NCBI GenBank assembly: GCA_040285855.1
Contig: JAUFOQ010000005.1
Location: 868,001 to 932,000 of the forward strand
Reading direction: 5' to 3'
Source: Eukaryota sp. GEM-RC1
Lineage: Eukaryota
Length of the DNA stretch: 64,000 bases
The translations under genes and the position numbers were made by a program. Under the pieces are notes generated by a model, which saw only the letters and a program-made list of their open reading frames with translations, was not told the DNA's origin and ran no database searches. This document shows positions 61,101 to 64,000 of the stretch, piece by piece. Numbering within the stretch: position 1 is the stretch's first letter; each line of letters opens with the position of its first letter.

Positions 61101-64000
61101 ATGAAAGTTACTTACAACGAGAGATGCATTAGTAATAATAGATGAAGTATTTGTAAGATAAAGAGAATCAACGACAAGTTTAGATTCAGAACCAGACGCG
61201 GTATAGTAAAGCTCACTAACATAAAGCTCAATTGATTTTAATTCAGTAGACCAATGATCCAAGTAAATGGTTGATGAAACCAGTGAAATCTTTTGAACTC
61301 CAAAGATATGAGAAGAAATCATCATTTCCAAGTTGACTAAAGAGAGTTTTCCTTGACCCCAGATACGAGCATGAAGATCAAACGTTAATAAATTGATTTC
61401 AAAAGTTGTTAAAGTCTTGGTGAAAAGCTGAACTGCGCGAATCCTTCCTTGAAAAATATCATACTGTGAATCGTGTTCTGAAAGCCAAAAAAAAAGAGTT
61501 AGGGGCACTATCACATCTATATCTTCTGAGCAATTCAGGAGTAAAAGAACCATGGTATTTACCATCAACATAAACACGTGCTTCTGCGTGATCAAAAGTA
61601 ATGACCAAGTGGAACCATTTGTGAAGAGGGAGTGTTGAAATAAGTACCCATCCTTGACCCCAGCTTAAACTACCTGAATGTATATGGAACCTACAAGTAA
61701 AATCTTCCCCATTAAACCCAATAATTCCCGTTTCCCAGTAAATCCAAACAGAAATAGAGGCACCTACCCAACCTTGAGTTCCAGGAATATTTGGAATATG
61801 GAGAGTATCACCGAGTTTGATTTCTAAATATGAATTAGAATATCACTAGAATCGTGATTTCCAGAAAGGTCAATTCGATTAAATGACGTAACCCAATTAT
61901 AATACAAAAATAAGTCTGGATGTAAGTAAAGATCAGACTCTTCAAAAGTAATATTACTGTGCCTTAGTTCTAACTCGCCTTTTGGGAAAACGATGGTCTT
62001 ATTAGTGGTACTAAAGTCTTTGTAAAGAGTCATGACAGAGTCATTTGCAACAATAATAATCCCTGTACTTTGCACTGGTAAGAGTGAAGTAAGTGAACAA
62101 TTAGAAGTTAAATGAATCTGATACTCAATATCAAGTAAACCTTTATCAAAAGATGATGAATCAATAACAAGTTCTGAACCAGGAAAACAAGTAGCAGAAA
62201 CAGCAAGTAAATTGAGATGAGTAAGTGAAAAAGTGAGAGAATTATTGAAATACATTTCTTTTTCAATAATTAGATATTCCAAAGGCCAAGTTTTAGAATC
62301 TCCATAGAGAAATAGACCCTTCAAAGTAAGGATTTCAGGAGAGAACAAATCGCCATCAAACCAATGAAAGTTACTTACAACGAGAGATGCATTAGTAATA
62401 ATAGATGAAGTATTTGTAAGATAAAGAGAATCAACGACAAGTTTAGATTCAGAACCAGACGCGGTATAGTAAAGCTCACTAACATAAAGCTCAATTGATT
62501 TTAATTCAGTAGACCAATGATCCAAGTAAATGGTTGATGAAACCAGTGAAATCTTTTGAACTCCAAAGGTATGAGAAGAAATCATCATTTCCAAGTTGAC
62601 TAAAGAGAGTTTTCCTTGACCCCATATACGAGCATGATGGTCAAACGTTAATTGATTGATTTCTAAAAATGTTAGAGTCTTGGTAAAAATCTGAACTGCA
62701 CGAACTCTTCCTCGAAACCGAATATCAGACCCACCAATCGCTGAAAGAGAAAACTGGGAGGGGACGTCTCTTGCTCGAGCACATTTGTAAGGAGTAGTGG
62801 GTTTAACAGAACCCTCATAAGTACTATCAACATAGATATGTGCTTCTATTTGATCAAGTGTAATGACTAAGTTAAACCATTTGTTAAGAGGGAAAAAAAT
62901 AACACGAAAAGTGTCACCCCAATGAACTTCGTTTTCTCGTATGATAAACCTACAAGGGGACATACTCCAACCAAAACCCATTCCACCTTCTTCAAAGTAG
63001 ATCCACAAAGAAATTGAAGCACCTCTCCAACCAAACTCTCCAGGAACATTTGGAATATCTAGCCTGTTCCAATTTGTGATTTCTAAATAACCACCAATAC
63101 GATCAGTTTTCCACGTAGGTCCACTGATAGTTATTTTATTGGATTCGTGATTCCCAGAAAGATCAATTTGATTAGATGACGTGACCCAATTATAAAACAG
63201 AAATAAGTCTGGATGTAAGTAAAGACCAGATTCTCCAAATTTAATATTACTATTCATTAGTGCTAACTCACCTTTAGGAAGAATCACAAACATACCAGTT
63301 GTACTAAAGTCTTTGAAAAGAGTCATTACTGAGTCATTTGCAACAGTAATAAAACCAGTACTTTGAACTGGTAATAGTGAAGTAAGAGCACAATTAGAAG
63401 TTAATTGAAGCTGCTTCTTGACTTCAAGTAAACTTTCATCAATAGATGATGAATCAATAATAAGTTCTGAACCAGGATAACAAGTAACAGAAACAGTAAT
63501 TAAACTGAGCTGAGAAATTGAAAAAGTAAGAGAGTTATTGAAATAGAGTTCCGTCTCGATTTCCAGAGAGTTTTGAGGCCAAATTTTAGCATCTTCATAA
63601 AGAAATAGTCCTTTAAACTCCAGGACATCCAAAAACGATAACTTTCCATGGATCCAATGAAGTTGATTTAAATTTAAGATAATTGAACTATCAACTCTAA
63701 AGTTTGAGCTCCAAACAAACAAAGCATGAATAGACAGTCTCTCAGTAGATGAAGGGACTTTAAAGACAGTGTTACTAAGAGTGAGATTGTACAACTTTAA
63801 TTCAATAGCTGAGTGGACAAGAGTTGAGTTGTCTAAATGGATATGAGAATGGTTCAAGTAAGAAGATTGTACATTTTTGAGATTGACTTCAGATTCATTG
63901 AAGGCATATATACCCTGATCAAAAAAGAAAGTATATCCATTCAAGTAGAGAACTGAAGACTGAAGTATCAACTTAGAGAAACTTAACGAGGAGCAACCAG
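52103..64000 (-). pseudogene. 5'/central part of giant surface-protein gene: four LamG/concanavalin-A-like domains plus a long Ser/Phe/Asn-rich beta-helix-like region; runs off the window end
   Basis: Chain of contiguous ORFs (61824-63971, 60846-61595, 60163-60993, 59931-60299, 59603-59923, 56251-59526, 55689-56342, 52964-55714, 52203-52967, 52066-52293). LamG-like SISLWIY...WFHLVITFD...VYVDG...FxGRIRAVQxFTKTLT occurs four times. YISTTGYDDPCCGSFNCPCASF precedes the beta-helix-like repeats. Confidence 0.75.
59480..63700. repeat. Tandem ~1.3-kb intragenic repeat units, each with one LamG domain
   Basis: Marker ATTCAGTAGACCAATGA recurs at 59945, 61241 and 62504 (spacing 1296 and 1263 bp). The middle copies are near-identical, with a 34-nt deletion at 61830 relative to 60535-60568. 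Confidence 0.88.

Noticed and set aside
1..64000. tRNA, rRNA genes or spliceosomal introns
   Set aside because: None recognised by eye. The ORF breaks I checked against paralogs are 1-nt indels rather than GT-AG introns; very short introns cannot be fully excluded without RNA data.

Overview
AT-rich, gene-dense, apparently intron-poor DNA from a flagellated microbial eukaryote; a CFAP61-like axonemal gene is present and there are no prokaryotic features. Many ORFs are split by 1-nt indels, several demonstrably in homopolymer runs, which probably reflects assembly error. From left to right the window holds: (1) four minus-strand RI/NLRC3-type leucine-rich-repeat genes (1-10441); (2) an intact 648-aa Fanzor1-like, TnpB-derived RuvC nuclease gene (11660-13606) followed by a run of G-U-containing hairpins (about 13650-13891), the likely omegaRNA scaffold, with no transposase inside the locus, which is the main finding; (3) a TA-flanked pogo/Tc1-mariner-type non-autonomous element (14017-15018); (4) an array of about nine short, divergent TMC-domain membrane protein genes (17.6-43.8 kb), interleaved with ABITRAM-like and CFAP61-like genes and several hAT-type non-autonomous elements with 8-bp TSDs; (5) a giant (>5,000 codon) LamG/beta-helix/IPT surface-protein gene (46.2-64 kb, minus strand) interrupted by a complete hAT transposon (49900-52102; 25-bp TIRs, ATTGAAGC TSD). 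All family calls come from motif recognition by eye; no database search or folding program was run.
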